A stretch of 64,000 bases of DNA from Gemmatimonadales bacterium. Its GTDB lineage: Bacteria > Gemmatimonadota > Gemmatimonadetes > Gemmatimonadales > GWC2-71-9. Both the position numbers and the translations under genes were made by a program. Positions 1 through 10,072 of this stretch are shown piece after piece (position 1 is the first letter of the stretch; each line of letters starts with the position of its first letter). The notes under the pieces were generated by a model. That model was given only the letters and a program-made list of their open reading frames with translations. It ran no database searches and was not told where the DNA came from. Location: assembly GCA_037189525.1 (NCBI GenBank), contig JBBCJC010000002.1, positions 1,088,001 to 1,152,000 on the forward strand, given 5' to 3'.

Positions 1-325
1 GCTGGCCGCGGCGCTCCATCCGACCCCTGCCGTCTGTGGTCAACCTCCGGAGGCCGCTGCAGCGGCCATCGCGGAACTGGAAAGCTTCGATCGCGGCTAT
101 TTTGGGGGCGCAGTCGGCTGGTGTGACGCGACCGGCGATGGACGCTGGCTCGTCACCATCCGTTGTGCTGAAATCCGCGATACGACCGCTCGACTCTATG
201 CCGGGGCGGGCATCGTTGCGGGTTCTGATCCCGATGCCGAAACCGCCGAGACGTCGGCCAAGTTCGCAGCGCTGCTGCGGGCGCTTGGCGTCGACGAAGA
301 GGGGCGGGCCCTGGTTTTGGAGTAG
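1..325 (+). CDS. entC: Isochorismate synthase, C-terminal fragment (truncated by window start)
   Basis: Frame 2 translated by hand: [15 protein letters not shown]...[14 protein letters not shown]...IRCAE...[13 protein letters not shown]...ET.AKF, ending at TAG 323-325. These are chorismate-binding (MST) family motifs, and the ORF abuts entE. Absent from the ORF track because its start lies outside the window. Confidence 0.9.
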   Translation, partial: LAAALHPTPAVCGQPPEAAAAAIAELESFDRGYFGGAVGWCDATGDGRWLVTIRCAEIRDTTARLYAGAGIVAGSDPDAETAETSAKFAALLRALGVDEEGRALVLE

Positions 326-1966
326 ATGATGATTCCGGTACAGCAGGTCTGGCCCGAGGAATTTGCAACGCGGTATCGGGCCGCCGGTTACTGGCGGGGC
401 GAAACCTTCGGTGGCATGCTGCGCGAACGGTCCCTTCGTCATCCCGACCGGATCGCCATCGTGGGCGGCGAAGCGCGTTGGACCTATCAGGAACTCGACC
501 AGCGTGCCGATGCCGTTGCGGCCGGAGTGCGGGCGTTAGGCCTTGTGGCCGGTGATCGGGTCGTGGTGCAGCTGCCCAACATTCCGGAGTTCTTCAGCGT
601 CGTCTTCGGCCTGTTCCGGGCCGGCGTCCTCCCGGTTTTTGCCCTTCCTGCGCACCGCAGCGCCGAGATTGCCCACTTTGTCGCCGCAGCGGAAGCCTCG
701 GCCTATATCATCGCAGACCGGAGCGACGGGTTCGACTATCGGACTCTGGCGGCGCAGGTGCGGAGCCAGTCGCCGGCGTTGCGCCATATAATCGTTGTGG
801 GTGAGCCGGGCGAGTTTCTCTCGCTCGACGAGGTGACCTCGCTCGCTGCGGATGTCGGTCCTGGCCCGCAGCCGTCCGATGTGGCTTTCATGCAGCTGTC
901 CGGCGGCAGCACCGGCCTGGCCAAGCTGATTCCGCGAACCCACGACGACTATATCTACAGCTTCCGCGCCAGCGCCGAGATCTGCGAACTAGGCGCCGAG
1001 AGTGCGTACCTGGCGGTGTTGCCGGCGGCGCACAACTTTACCATGAGCTCACCCGGGAGTTTCGGCACGCTCTACGCCGGCGGCCGTGTCGTCTTGAGCC
1101 GGGGTTCGAGTCCGGATGCGGTGTTCCCCCTGATCGAGGCGGAGCGGGTGACCATCACGGCCCTGGTGCCGCCGCTGGCCTTGGTCTGGGCCGATGCCGC
1201 GCGCGCGGCCAGACACGATCTGTCGAGTCTCAAGGTGTTGCAGGTCGGTGGTGCCAAGCTGACGATGGAAGGCGCCCGCCGGATTCGAAGCGCCTTGCCG
1301 GTGCGTTTGCAGCAGGTCTTCGGGATGGCCGAAGGGCTGGTCAATTACACCCGGTACGACGATGACGAAGAGACCATCGTCGGGACGCAGGGCCGGCCGA
1401 TCAGTCCGGACGACGAGATCCGCATCGTCGATGACCACGATCAGCCGGTGCCGCTCGGCGCGCCGGGTCACCTGCTGGCGCGGGGTCCCTATACGATTCG
1501 GGCCTATCACAATGCGCCGGAGGTCAACGCCCGCGCCTTTACCGACGACGGGTTCTATCGGACCGGCGATATCGTCTCGCAGACCCCCACCGGGTATCTG
1601 GTGGTCCATGGCCGAGCCAGCGATCACATCAATCGCGGCGGCGAGAAGGTGTCGGCGGAGGAAGTCGAAGATCATCTGCTGGCGCACCCGCAGGTGCACG
1701 ACGCCGCGATCGTGTCCGTGCCTGATCCCTATCTCGGTGAGCGCGCCTGCGCGTTCGTGATTCCGCGCGGCGAAGCGCCCAAAGGCGCTGTCCTCAAGGC
1801 CTGGATCCGTTCCCGTGGCCTGGCGGCCTACAAGGTGCCGGATCAGATCGTCTTCGTCGCCGAGTTTCCGGCAACCGGGGTTGGCAAGGTGAGCCGGCGG
1901 GAATTGCGGGCGGCGATTCGCGAATATCTGGCGGCCGAACCGCAGGGCAGCGAGAAGGGCGGCTGA
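326..1966 (+). CDS. entE: 2,3-dihydroxybenzoate-AMP ligase
   Basis: 546 aa; [45 protein letters not shown] and FYRTGD are DhbE/EntE signatures. Confidence 0.95.
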   Translation: MMIPVQQVWPEEFATRYRAAGYWRGETFGGMLRERSLRHPDRIAIVGGEARWTYQELDQRADAVAAGVRALGLVAGDRVVVQLPNIPEFFSVVFGLFRAGVLPVFALPAHRSAEIAHFVAAAEASAYIIADRSDGFDYRTLAAQVRSQSPALRHIIVVGEPGEFLSLDEVTSLAADVGPGPQPSDVAFMQLSGGSTGLAKLIPRTHDDYIYSFRASAEICELGAESAYLAVLPAAHNFTMSSPGSFGTLYAGGRVVLSRGSSPDAVFPLIEAERVTITALVPPLALVWADAARAARHDLSSLKVLQVGGAKLTMEGARRIRSALPVRLQQVFGMAEGLVNYTRYDDDEETIVGTQGRPISPDDEIRIVDDHDQPVPLGAPGHLLARGPYTIRAYHNAPEVNARAFTDDGFYRTGDIVSQTPTGYLVVHGRASDHINRGGEKVSAEEVEDHLLAHPQVHDAAIVSVPDPYLGERACAFVIPRGEAPKGAVLKAWIRSRGLAAYKVPDQIVFVAEFPATGVGKVSRRELRAAIREYLAAEPQGSEKGG

Positions 1967-1970
1967 TCGC

Positions 1971-2642
1971 ATGGGCCTTCCTACCATTGCCGAGTATCCG
2001 CTGCCAGGCGCGGGTGAGTTCCCCGCGGCACGGGTCGCGTGGGCGCTCCGGCCGGATCGCGCGGCGCTCCTGATCCACGATCTGCAAGGCTATTTCGTGC
2101 GCGCCTTTCCGGCGGGTGTGTCTCCCATTGCGCCGATGCTGGCCAACCTGCTTGCGGTGCGGGATCGCTGCGACGCGCTCGGCGTGCCGGTGTTCTACAG
2201 TGCGCAGCCGGGGCGGCAGGATCCGAGAGACCGCGGCCTGCAATCGGACTTCTGGGGCCCGGGGATGTCGTCTGATCCGGCCGATCAGGGCATTGCCGAC
2301 GCGGTCGCGCCGCTCGAGCATCATCATCTGCTCACCAAGTGGCGCTACAGCGCGTTCCAGCGGACCAATCTGGAGACGATGCTGCGCGCGCGCAGGCGCG
2401 ATCAACTGATCGTGACCGGCGTGTATGCGCACATCGGTTGCCTGCTCACGGCGGCCGATGCTTTCATGCGGGACGTGCAGCCGTTCTTCGTCGTCGACGC
2501 GGTCGCCGATTTTTCCCGCGAGCGCCACGACATGGCGGTTCGATACGCGGCGGAGCGTTGCGCGGTACCGTTGACCACGGCCGATCTGCTCGAGGGCTGG
2601 TCCGATGCGGCGGACGCGGCAGGGACGGGGCCGGTATGGTGA
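1971..2642 (+). CDS. entB: Isochorismatase (isochorismate lyase domain only)
   Basis: ALLIHDLQGYF, DFWGPGM, KWRYSAF, GVYAHIGC and DAVADFS; lacks the fused C-terminal aryl carrier domain. Confidence 0.93.
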   Translation: MGLPTIAEYPLPGAGEFPAARVAWALRPDRAALLIHDLQGYFVRAFPAGVSPIAPMLANLLAVRDRCDALGVPVFYSAQPGRQDPRDRGLQSDFWGPGMSSDPADQGIADAVAPLEHHHLLTKWRYSAFQRTNLETMLRARRRDQLIVTGVYAHIGCLLTAADAFMRDVQPFFVVDAVADFSRERHDMAVRYAAERCAVPLTTADLLEGWSDAADAAGTGPVW

Positions 2643-2893
2643 CGGGTGAGCGGCCGGGCGGGGAACTGACCCTGGAACGGCTTCGGAGCGATGTCGCCGC
2701 GGTGCTGTTCGAGTCGCCGGACGAGATCGGAGACGAGGACAACCTGGTCGACCACGGTCTCGACTCGATTCGGATCATGGCGCTGATCCAGCAATGGAAC
2801 GACGCCGGGGCGCAGGTCGATTTTGCCACGCTGGCCGAGCGTCCGGAGCTGGCGCATTGGTGGGCCGTGATCTCCGGGTCTGTGCGCGGATAG
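2636..2893 (+). CDS. Stand-alone aryl carrier protein (EntB C-terminal-like)
   Basis: 85 aa from ATG 2636 (or GTG 2639, overlapping the entB stop); DNLVDHGLDSIRIMAL phosphopantetheine site and FATLAERPELAHWW ending. Confidence 0.9.
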   Translation: MVTGERPGGELTLERLRSDVAAVLFESPDEIGDEDNLVDHGLDSIRIMALIQQWNDAGAQVDFATLAERPELAHWWAVISGSVRG

Positions 2894-2894
2894 C

Positions 2895-5800
2895 GTGCCA
2901 ATGTCTCCCGCCAACGGGATGCCGGACCTCGGTCCGGTGCCTCTCACCGAAGCGCAGTCCGGTCTCTGGTATGCGCAGCGACTGGACGCCGAGAATCCCG
3001 TTTTTAATACGGCGCAGGCGGTCGAACTGATCGGCCCGCTCGACCTGGCGGCGTTTCAGCTGGCCGTCGACGGCGCGCTGGGTGAGGCCGATGCCCTGGC
3101 GGTTCGGATCGTCGAGGCGCCCGATGGCCCGGAGCAGACGGTCGACGAAAGCGCCCGTGCCGCGCTCTGTATCGTCGATCTGGCGGATGAGCCCGATCCT
3201 CCCGGGGCCGCCCGGGAGTGGATCCAGCGCGATCTGGAGCGGCCGGTCGATCTCGCGGTCGACGCCCCCGTGGCCGAGGTCCTCTTCGTGCTCGGCGCCG
3301 AGCGGCACCTCTGGTATCAGCGGATCCATCATCTCGTCATCGACGGGTACGGCACGGCGCTGCTCACCAGGCGCATCGCCGACCGTTATCGCGCCCATCT
3401 GACCGGGCACGAGGCGGGGCCGGCCCTCCGTCCCTTTGCCGATCTGCTCGAGGCCGATCGCATCTATCGGACATCCGACAAGCGTGAGGTCGACCGCCGG
3501 TTCTGGTTGTCGGAGCTGGCCGATCTGCCCGCTGTTCGTGGTTTGGCGGAGGGACCGGCGGTCACGGCGAGATACTACCGTCGCCATGTGCGGGATTGCC
3601 CGGACGGGTCTGCCGCTGCGGTACGATCCCTGGCGGAGGCCGCGCGGGTGCCTTGGCCGGATGTACTGGTCGCGCTGATTGGTGCGTACGTGCTGCGCCA
3701 CACCGACGAGCCCGAAACCACCGTCGGCGTTGCCACGATGAACCGGCTCGGCACGCCGGCCGCCGCGATTCCGGCGATGGTCATGAACATCCTTCCGCTT
3801 CGGGTAACAGTCGACGAGGAGCAGAGCGTCGCGGGATTTGCCGCGGGTGTTTCGGCGCGGCTCCGTCGCGCCCGGGTCCACGGGCGCTATCGGAGCGAGC
3901 AGTTGCGCCGGGATTTGGGGCTGTTGGGCGGCGGGCGGCGTCTGTATGGTCCGCTGATCAACATCCTGCCGTTCGATGAGACCCCGGAGTTTCCGGGAGT
4001 CGAGGCCTCGCTCGAGGTGTTGGCGACCGGGCCGGTCGATGATCTCACCATCAGCGTTCGCGCGGATGCCAACGCCGATGGACTGCGGCTCGAACTGGAC
4101 GGCAATCCGATCCTGTACACTGCCGCTGACCTGGCCGCCCACGCCGATCGCCTCGAAGCGTTCCTGGTCGCTGCGCTCAACGCAACGACGCTGGCCGAGG
4201 TGCCTACGCTGACGGCCGACGAGCGGAAACGCTGGGTCGAGGACATCAACGCGACCGCGCATCCCGTGCCGGATGTGACGCTCGCGGCGTTGATCGAACA
4301 AACCATGAAGGCTGTGCCCGAGGCGGTTGCGGTCGAGGGCGACGGCCAGGTGCTCGACTACCGTGCTCTCGACCAGCAGAGCAGTGCGGTTGCCGGACGT
4401 CTGATGGCGCTGGGCGTGCGCCGTGGCGATATCGTAGCGGTGGCAATACCGCGGTCTGTCGACCTGGTGGTGACGCTCGTGGCCATCGTCCGGATGGGTG
4501 CGGCGTATCTTCCGCTCGATCCGGACCATCCGCCCGATCGCCTGCTCCGCATCATCGGACTGGCCCGCCCGGCTGCGCTCGCCGTATCGTCGGTGCTACC
4601 GGTCGATTGGCCCGAGAGCCTGCCCGTGCTGCGGGTGGACCAGGTCGAATCGGCGGGAGAACGTTGGATCGGAGAAGCGCCTGCGCCGGACGATGCGGCG
4701 TACGTGATCTTCACCTCGGGCTCGACCGGAGAGCCCAAGGGCGTCGTGGTGGAGCATCGCGCCATCGTGAACCGGCTCGAGTGGATGCGCACTCACTACG
4801 GCGTGACCGGGAGCGACCGGTTCCTGCAGAAGACGCCCGCCACGTTCGATGTGTCGGTCTGGGAGTTTTTCCTGCCGCTGCTCGCCGGGGCAACCCTGGT
4901 GGTGGCGCCGCCGGATGCGCACAAGGACCCCGCCTGGCTGGCCCGCCTGGTCCGCATGGCCGATATCAGCACGATACACTTCGTTCCCTCGATGCTCGCC
5001 GAGTTTCTGGCGGAGCCGTCGGCGCTGGGTGTACCGCTCCAGAGAGTTTTCGTCAGCGGGGAGGCCTTGTCGGAGGCGCTCCGCGATCGTTGCCATGCGG
5101 TGCTGGAGGCGGAGCTGCACAACCTCTACGGACCGACCGAAGCCGCGGTCGACGTGAGCTGGTGGAATGCCTCGCGGGGCGACCGCTCCTCGCCCGTCCC
5201 GATCGGGTTTCCGGTCTGGAATACTCGGCTCTATGTCCTCGACCGCCGGTTGCGTCCGGTGCCGCCGGGGGTGCGAGGAGAGCTCTACCTCGGCGGGGTG
5301 CAGCTCGCGCGCGGGTATCTCGGGCGTCCGGACCTGACCGCCGAGCGTTTCGTCACCGATCCATATGGGGCGCCGGGTGATCGGCTCTATCGGACCGGCG
5401 ATGTCGCCACGCTGCGACCCGATGGTGCCATCCTCTATCTGGGCCGAGCCGACTTCCAGATCAAGATCCGGGGCCAGCGCGTCGAACTCGGCGAGATCGA
5501 GGCCGCGTTACTGGCCGAACCCGGCGTGACGCAAGCGGTGGTCATCGTGCGCGAGGATGCGCCGGGCGATCAGCGCCTGATCGGGTATCTGATCGGTGGC
5601 GGCTCGCCGATCGACGTGGTCGCCGTACGGGAGCGTCTGCAGCGGACCCTTCCGGAGCACATGGTCCCCTCGATTCTGATCGAGTTGATCCGCTGGCCGC
5701 TGACTGCGAGCGGCAAGCTCGATCGGCGCGCCCTGCCCGTGCCGGAGCGCCGCACTCTGGCGCCGCCGGAGCGTCCGCTGCGCACCGACACGGAGCAACG

Positions 5801-6857
5801 CCTGGCCGAATTGTTTACCCAGGTGCTCGCCGCCGGCGTCGAATCGGCCGCAGCCGATTTCTTCGATCTCGGCGGGCACTCATTGACCGGTGCGCGGCTG
5901 ATGCGACTGGTTCGCGAGACCTGGCCCTGCGAGATCGGCCTCGGAACCCTCTTTGCGGACCCGACGGTCGCAGGCCTTGCTGCGCAGATCGATCTGGCCG
6001 TGGCGGGCCAGACCGGCGGCGAAGGTCTGGAGCGGATCCTCTCGCTGGCCCGCTCTGCCCCCCCGGACCGGCCGCCCGTCTTCTGCATCCATCCGGCAGG
6101 TGGAATTGCCTGGTGCTACGGAGGCCTGGCCCGGGCGCTTGGTGCCGAGCGGCAGGTCTATGGGGTCCAGGCCGGCGTCCTCGATCCGGCCGCGGGTTTG
6201 CCTGATCGTCTCGACGAGATGGCGGCCGACTATGTCGACCGGATTCGGGCGCTCTCCGCCGGTGGTCCCTTCCATCTGGTCGGATGGTCGGTCGGCGGCA
6301 TCGTGGCGCAGGCCATGGCGGTGCGGCTGCAGGCGCTTGGTGAGCAGGTCGGCGTGCTGGCATTGCTCGATGCGTACCCGGCCGACCGCTGGCACGGGAT
6401 GGCGGAACCGGATGCGGCGGCGCCGCTTCGGGCGCTGCTCCTGATTGCGGGCTACGATCCGGCCGACCATCCGGACCTCGAAATGACCCGGGAGAGCGTG
6501 ATCCGCTTTCTCCGGGCCGGGGGCAGCCCGCTGGGCGGCCTGAGTGCCCGCGGTCTGAGCGGTGTCGTCCGGGCGGTGGAGAACAACAATCGCCTGGTTC
6601 GCAGCCATTGGCACCGCCGCTTCAACGGAACGGCGCTGCACTTTTTCGCGACCCTGGAGCATGGTCCGGGAGGCGCATCGCCGGCGGAGTGGGAGCCCTA
6701 TGTGAGCACCCTGGAGCGATACGACCTGCCGGTGCGCCACGCCCATATGGTCGGACCGGAGGCGGTCGGCAGGATCGTGCCGGTGCTCCGGCGAGCACTC
6801 GAACGGGCCGAATCGCTGGTTTGTGCGGAGCAGGGGAGGAGTATCGCAGATGCGTGA
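2895..6857 (+). CDS. entF: Single-module NRPS C-A-T-TE, EntF-like, probably serine-activating
   Basis: C domain HHLVIDG; A domain FTSGSTGEPKG, YGPTE, YRTGD, SGKLDR; T domain FFDLGGHSL; TE GWSVGG. The specificity residues read by hand give about DVWHFSLVDK, the serine code. Confidence 0.9.
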   Translation: MPMSPANGMPDLGPVPLTEAQSGLWYAQRLDAENPVFNTAQAVELIGPLDLAAFQLAVDGALGEADALAVRIVEAPDGPEQTVDESARAALCIVDLADEPDPPGAAREWIQRDLERPVDLAVDAPVAEVLFVLGAERHLWYQRIHHLVIDGYGTALLTRRIADRYRAHLTGHEAGPALRPFADLLEADRIYRTSDKREVDRRFWLSELADLPAVRGLAEGPAVTARYYRRHVRDCPDGSAAAVRSLAEAARVPWPDVLVALIGAYVLRHTDEPETTVGVATMNRLGTPAAAIPAMVMNILPLRVTVDEEQSVAGFAAGVSARLRRARVHGRYRSEQLRRDLGLLGGGRRLYGPLINILPFDETPEFPGVEASLEVLATGPVDDLTISVRADANADGLRLELDGNPILYTAADLAAHADRLEAFLVAALNATTLAEVPTLTADERKRWVEDINATAHPVPDVTLAALIEQTMKAVPEAVAVEGDGQVLDYRALDQQSSAVAGRLMALGVRRGDIVAVAIPRSVDLVVTLVAIVRMGAAYLPLDPDHPPDRLLRIIGLARPAALAVSSVLPVDWPESLPVLRVDQVESAGERWIGEAPAPDDAAYVIFTSGSTGEPKGVVVEHRAIVNRLEWMRTHYGVTGSDRFLQKTPATFDVSVWEFFLPLLAGATLVVAPPDAHKDPAWLARLVRMADISTIHFVPSMLAEFLAEPSALGVPLQRVFVSGEALSEALRDRCHAVLEAELHNLYGPTEAAVDVSWWNASRGDRSSPVPIGFPVWNTRLYVLDRRLRPVPPGVRGELYLGGVQLARGYLGRPDLTAERFVTDPYGAPGDRLYRTGDVATLRPDGAILYLGRADFQIKIRGQRVELGEIEAALLAEPGVTQAVVIVREDAPGDQRLIGYLIGGGSPIDVVAVRERLQRTLPEHMVPSILIELIRWPLTASGKLDRRALPVPERRTLAPPERPLRTDTEQRLAELFTQVLAAGVESAAADFFDLGGHSLTGARLMRLVRETWPCEIGLGTLFADPTVAGLAAQIDLAVAGQTGGEGLERILSLARSAPPDRPPVFCIHPAGGIAWCYGGLARALGAERQVYGVQAGVLDPAAGLPDRLDEMAADYVDRIRALSAGGPFHLVGWSVGGIVAQAMAVRLQALGEQVGVLALLDAYPADRWHGMAEPDAAAPLRALLLIAGYDPADHPDLEMTRESVIRFLRAGGSPLGGLSARGLSGVVRAVENNNRLVRSHWHRRFNGTALHFFATLEHGPGGASPAEWEPYVSTLERYDLPVRHAHMVGPEAVGRIVPVLRRALERAESLVCAEQGRSIADA

Positions 6858-7632
6858 ATCCGGGATTGCCGGAAAGATTGCCCTCGTCACGGGCGCTGCG
6901 GGCGGCGTGGGCCTGGCCGTAGTGGCCGGTCTGGTCGACGAGGGAGCGCGCGTGGTGGCAATCGATCGCGACCCGGAAGCGCTTGCTGCGCTATCCGCGC
7001 GCTGGCCCGATGCGGCGTCGGTCCGAAGCGTCCAGCTCGACATTACCGATGCGGCGGCGGTTGACGCCCTGGTGGCGGAAATCGAATCCGATTGGGGACC
7101 GATCGACATCGGGATCAACGTGGCGGGCGTGCTGCACATCGCGCCGGTGGTCGACACGGATGAGACCGAGTGGGATCGGGTGTTCGACGTCAATGCGCGC
7201 GCCGTCTTCGTGGTCTCGCGCGCGCTTGCCCGCGTCATGAAGCCGAGAGCACGCGGGTGTCTCGTGACGGTCAGCTCCAACGCGGCCGGAATTCCGCGCC
7301 AGGGGATGGCGGCCTACGCCGCGTCGAAGGCAGCCGCCACCATGTTTACCCGGTGTCTGGGTCTCGAGCTCGCGTCGTACGGGATCCGCTGCAACATCGT
7401 CGCGCCTGGATCGACCCGGACGCAGATGCAGGATGCGATGTGGGCCCGCGGGACCACGTTGCAGTCGGTGCTCGACGGATCGCTCGAGAGCTATCGAACC
7501 GGGATTCCCCTCCGCAAGATCGCCGAGCCGCGCGATGTGGCGGATGCGGTGTTGTTCCTCGTCTCGGACCGCGCCGGGCATATCACCATGGCCGATCTCT
7601 ACGTCGACGGTGGCGCGACGTTGCGTGCATAA
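6850..7632 (+). CDS. entA: 2,3-dihydro-2,3-dihydroxybenzoate dehydrogenase
   Basis: SDR TGAAGGVG, VSSNAAGIPR, YAASK, CLGLELA, GIPLRKIA, YVDGGATL; GGGGAGGA SD before ATG 6850. Confidence 0.92.
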   Translation: MRESGIAGKIALVTGAAGGVGLAVVAGLVDEGARVVAIDRDPEALAALSARWPDAASVRSVQLDITDAAAVDALVAEIESDWGPIDIGINVAGVLHIAPVVDTDETEWDRVFDVNARAVFVVSRALARVMKPRARGCLVTVSSNAAGIPRQGMAAYAASKAAATMFTRCLGLELASYGIRCNIVAPGSTRTQMQDAMWARGTTLQSVLDGSLESYRTGIPLRKIAEPRDVADAVLFLVSDRAGHITMADLYVDGGATLRA

Positions 7633-7683
7633 AGTAAGGTGGTTCTCGTGAACACGGTGGGTTCCTGGAAGGATGGAGTCGGG

Positions 7684-8733
7684 GTGAAGGCGGAAGCATC
7701 GGGCCGGACACGGGAGGTCGAGGCGCTCGTCAGTCCGGATGAGCTGCTTGCCTCGCTGCCCCGGTCACCCGAGACGGCCGCGTTCGTCGAGACCTCGCGC
7801 GACACGATCCGAGAGATCATCCATGGCCGCGATCGGCGGCTCCTGGTCGTCGTCGGCCCCTGCTCGATCCATGATGTCGATGCCGCGTTGGAGTACGGCC
7901 GCTGGCTGGCCGATCTGCGGGCGCGCTGGCAGCACGAACTCATGCTCGTAATGCGGGTCTATGTCGAAAAACCCCGGACCCGGGTGGGGTGGAAGGGACT
8001 CATCAACGATCCCGATCTCACCGGAACCGGTCGGATCAATCTCGGCCTTCGGGCGGCTCGGCAGCTGTTCGTGGAACTCAACCGTCTCCGGCTGCCCGTC
8101 GCGACGGAGTTCCTCGACATGATCTCCCCGCAGTACCTGGGCGACCTGGTGGCGTGGACGGCTGTGGGCGCGCGTACGACCGAGAGCCAGCTGCACCGGC
8201 AGATGGTGTCCGGTCTACCGATCCCGACGGGGTTCAAGAACACCACCGACGGCAACGTCGAAGCGGCCGTCAACGCCATTCTCTCCGCGGCAACCGAACA
8301 TCACTTCGTTTCGCTCACGGGCGCCGGAACCGCCGCGCTCGTTACCACAGCGGGGAACCCTGACTGCCATGTCGTGCTCCGCGGCGGCCGGGTGCCGAAC
8401 TATGATGCGGCCGCGGTCGATGCCGCGTGCCATACGCTCGTGCGGCACGGGCTCGGACCCCGGATCATGGTGGATTGCAGTCACGGCAACGCCGCCGGCG
8501 ATGCGCAGCGCCAGCTCGTGGTGGCAGCCGATGTTGCCCGCCAGGTTGCATCCGGGTCGAGTCGTGTGCTCGGCGTCATGCTGGAGAGCAATCTCGTGGC
8601 AGGTGCGCAGCGGTTGGTGCCCGGTGAGGCGCTGCGGTTCGGCCAGAGTATCACCGACCCCTGCCTTGGGCTCAACGATACCGCGCTTGCGTTGGAGGGC
8701 CTGGCTCGGGCGGTTCGCCAGGCCCGGGGGTGA
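7684..8733 (+). CDS. DAHP synthase, class I-alpha (AroF/G/H family)
   Basis: GPCSIHD, RVYVEKPRT.VGWKGLINDP, GARTTESQLHR, DCSHGN, GQSITDPC; GGAG precedes GTG 7684 (the ORF is open from 7639). Confidence 0.93.
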   Translation: MKAEASGRTREVEALVSPDELLASLPRSPETAAFVETSRDTIREIIHGRDRRLLVVVGPCSIHDVDAALEYGRWLADLRARWQHELMLVMRVYVEKPRTRVGWKGLINDPDLTGTGRINLGLRAARQLFVELNRLRLPVATEFLDMISPQYLGDLVAWTAVGARTTESQLHRQMVSGLPIPTGFKNTTDGNVEAAVNAILSAATEHHFVSLTGAGTAALVTTAGNPDCHVVLRGGRVPNYDAAAVDAACHTLVRHGLGPRIMVDCSHGNAAGDAQRQLVVAADVARQVASGSSRVLGVMLESNLVAGAQRLVPGEALRFGQSITDPCLGLNDTALALEGLARAVRQARG

Positions 8734-8745
8734 TCGGGCGGAGCG

Positions 8746-10011
8746 TCAGGCGAACCGGTCTTCGGGATAGATCGCGGCCGAGGTGAGCAGGCCGGCCACC
8801 AGCGATACCGCGGTCAGGACCATACTGAAGGCGGTATCGATTCCCGCGACGACCTGGCTATCGAGCAGCGCGGAAATGCTCCGGAAGCCGACGCTGCCGG
8901 GCACCAGGGTCAGGAGCCCCGGCACCAGCGTAATGGCTGCCGGCCGCCGGGTGATTCGATAGAAGAGATTGCTGCCCAACCCGACCGCCAGCGCCCCCAC
9001 GAAAACGCCCATCTCCGGTCCGAGCACCGATCCGCCCAGCCGGGTGGAGACGAATGCGATCACCGCCGACAGCAGGATCCAGCCGATGTCTCGCCGGTCG
9101 GCGCGCAGCAGCAGCGAGAACGCAATCGCAATCACACCCAGCGCCAGCCAGTTGACGATCACCGGCATCGGCGCCGGCACCACCGCCGCCACCGGACCGA
9201 CCAGCAACACGGCAACCTTGTGGCCGAGCGCCACACCGAATCCGATCCCGATGAAGGTCATGAACGCGCCCGCCATGCGGGTGGTGCCGGCGGTGAGGTG
9301 CGAGGTGGCCAACTCGGTAATGGCCGTGGTCAGCGTGAGGCCCGGGATCAGGACGATCAACCCGGCCAGTGTCGCGAGCCAGACCGAATAGCCCCCGATC
9401 AGCGCACCAAGCAGCGTCATGATCGTCGAGCAGAGGAAAGCCGCCAGGAACTCGTAGACCCGCGCCACATGGGGCAGCCGGGCCGCCGTCGTGGCTAGTG
9501 CGCCGATCCCGAGCCCGCCCAGGGCGGCCATGCCCATTTCCGGCCACGCGCCGCCCAGGAATCGCGCGGCGGCGGCAGAAGCGAGTCCGTGGCCGACGAT
9601 GATGAAAAGTGGATTCGGATCGGGAACGACCGAGAGCGCCATCAGGCGCTTCATGCCCTCGGCCACCTGCACCTCACCCGACAGTACTCCGCGCGCGACC
9701 TCGGTGACCCGGGCCAACTGGCCGAGATTCTGAGGGCGCGGCCCCGTCCGCATCATATAGGTCGATTGCGTGATGCCCGACCCGAAGGACGCAAAGATCG
9801 AGGTGGGTGTCACGAAGTACTGTCCGGTCAGGCCGAGCCGATCGCTCATCGCGGTAAGGGCATCTTCCAGCCGGTGGGTCGAATACCCGGCGGCCTGCAG
9901 CGCCAGCGCCAGGTCCATGATGAACGGGATTCGGGCATCGGCGTTGATCCGATACTCCCCGGTACTGAGACGGTGTTCGCCTGTTCTGACACGGAATTCG
10001 CCGGTGGCCAT
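8746..10011 (-). CDS. Threonine/serine exporter (ThrE family)
   Basis: Soluble N-terminus (GYSTHRLE, PTSIF), then about 10 TM segments with IPGLTL..AI.EL..SHL.AG and LVPG motifs. Confidence 0.85.
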   Translation of the reverse strand: MATGEFRVRTGEHRLSTGEYRINADARIPFIMDLALALQAAGYSTHRLEDALTAMSDRLGLTGQYFVTPTSIFASFGSGITQSTYMMRTGPRPQNLGQLARVTEVARGVLSGEVQVAEGMKRLMALSVVPDPNPLFIIVGHGLASAAAARFLGGAWPEMGMAALGGLGIGALATTAARLPHVARVYEFLAAFLCSTIMTLLGALIGGYSVWLATLAGLIVLIPGLTLTTAITELATSHLTAGTTRMAGAFMTFIGIGFGVALGHKVAVLLVGPVAAVVPAPMPVIVNWLALGVIAIAFSLLLRADRRDIGWILLSAVIAFVSTRLGGSVLGPEMGVFVGALAVGLGSNLFYRITRRPAAITLVPGLLTLVPGSVGFRSISALLDSQVVAGIDTAFSMVLTAVSLVAGLLTSAAIYPEDRFA

Positions 10012-10036
10012 GGCCGGAAAATAATCACGGTCATTG

Positions 10037-10065
10037 TTGATTTTCCGGTATCATTGGGGTATCGT
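10037..10065 (+). promoter_or_regulatory. Putative sigma70 promoter giving a leaderless transcript
   Basis: TTGATT (10037-42), 17 bp spacer, TATCGT (10060-65); ATG at 10073 lies at the expected start site with no SD. Confidence 0.55.
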
Positions 10066-10072
10066 CTTTTTG

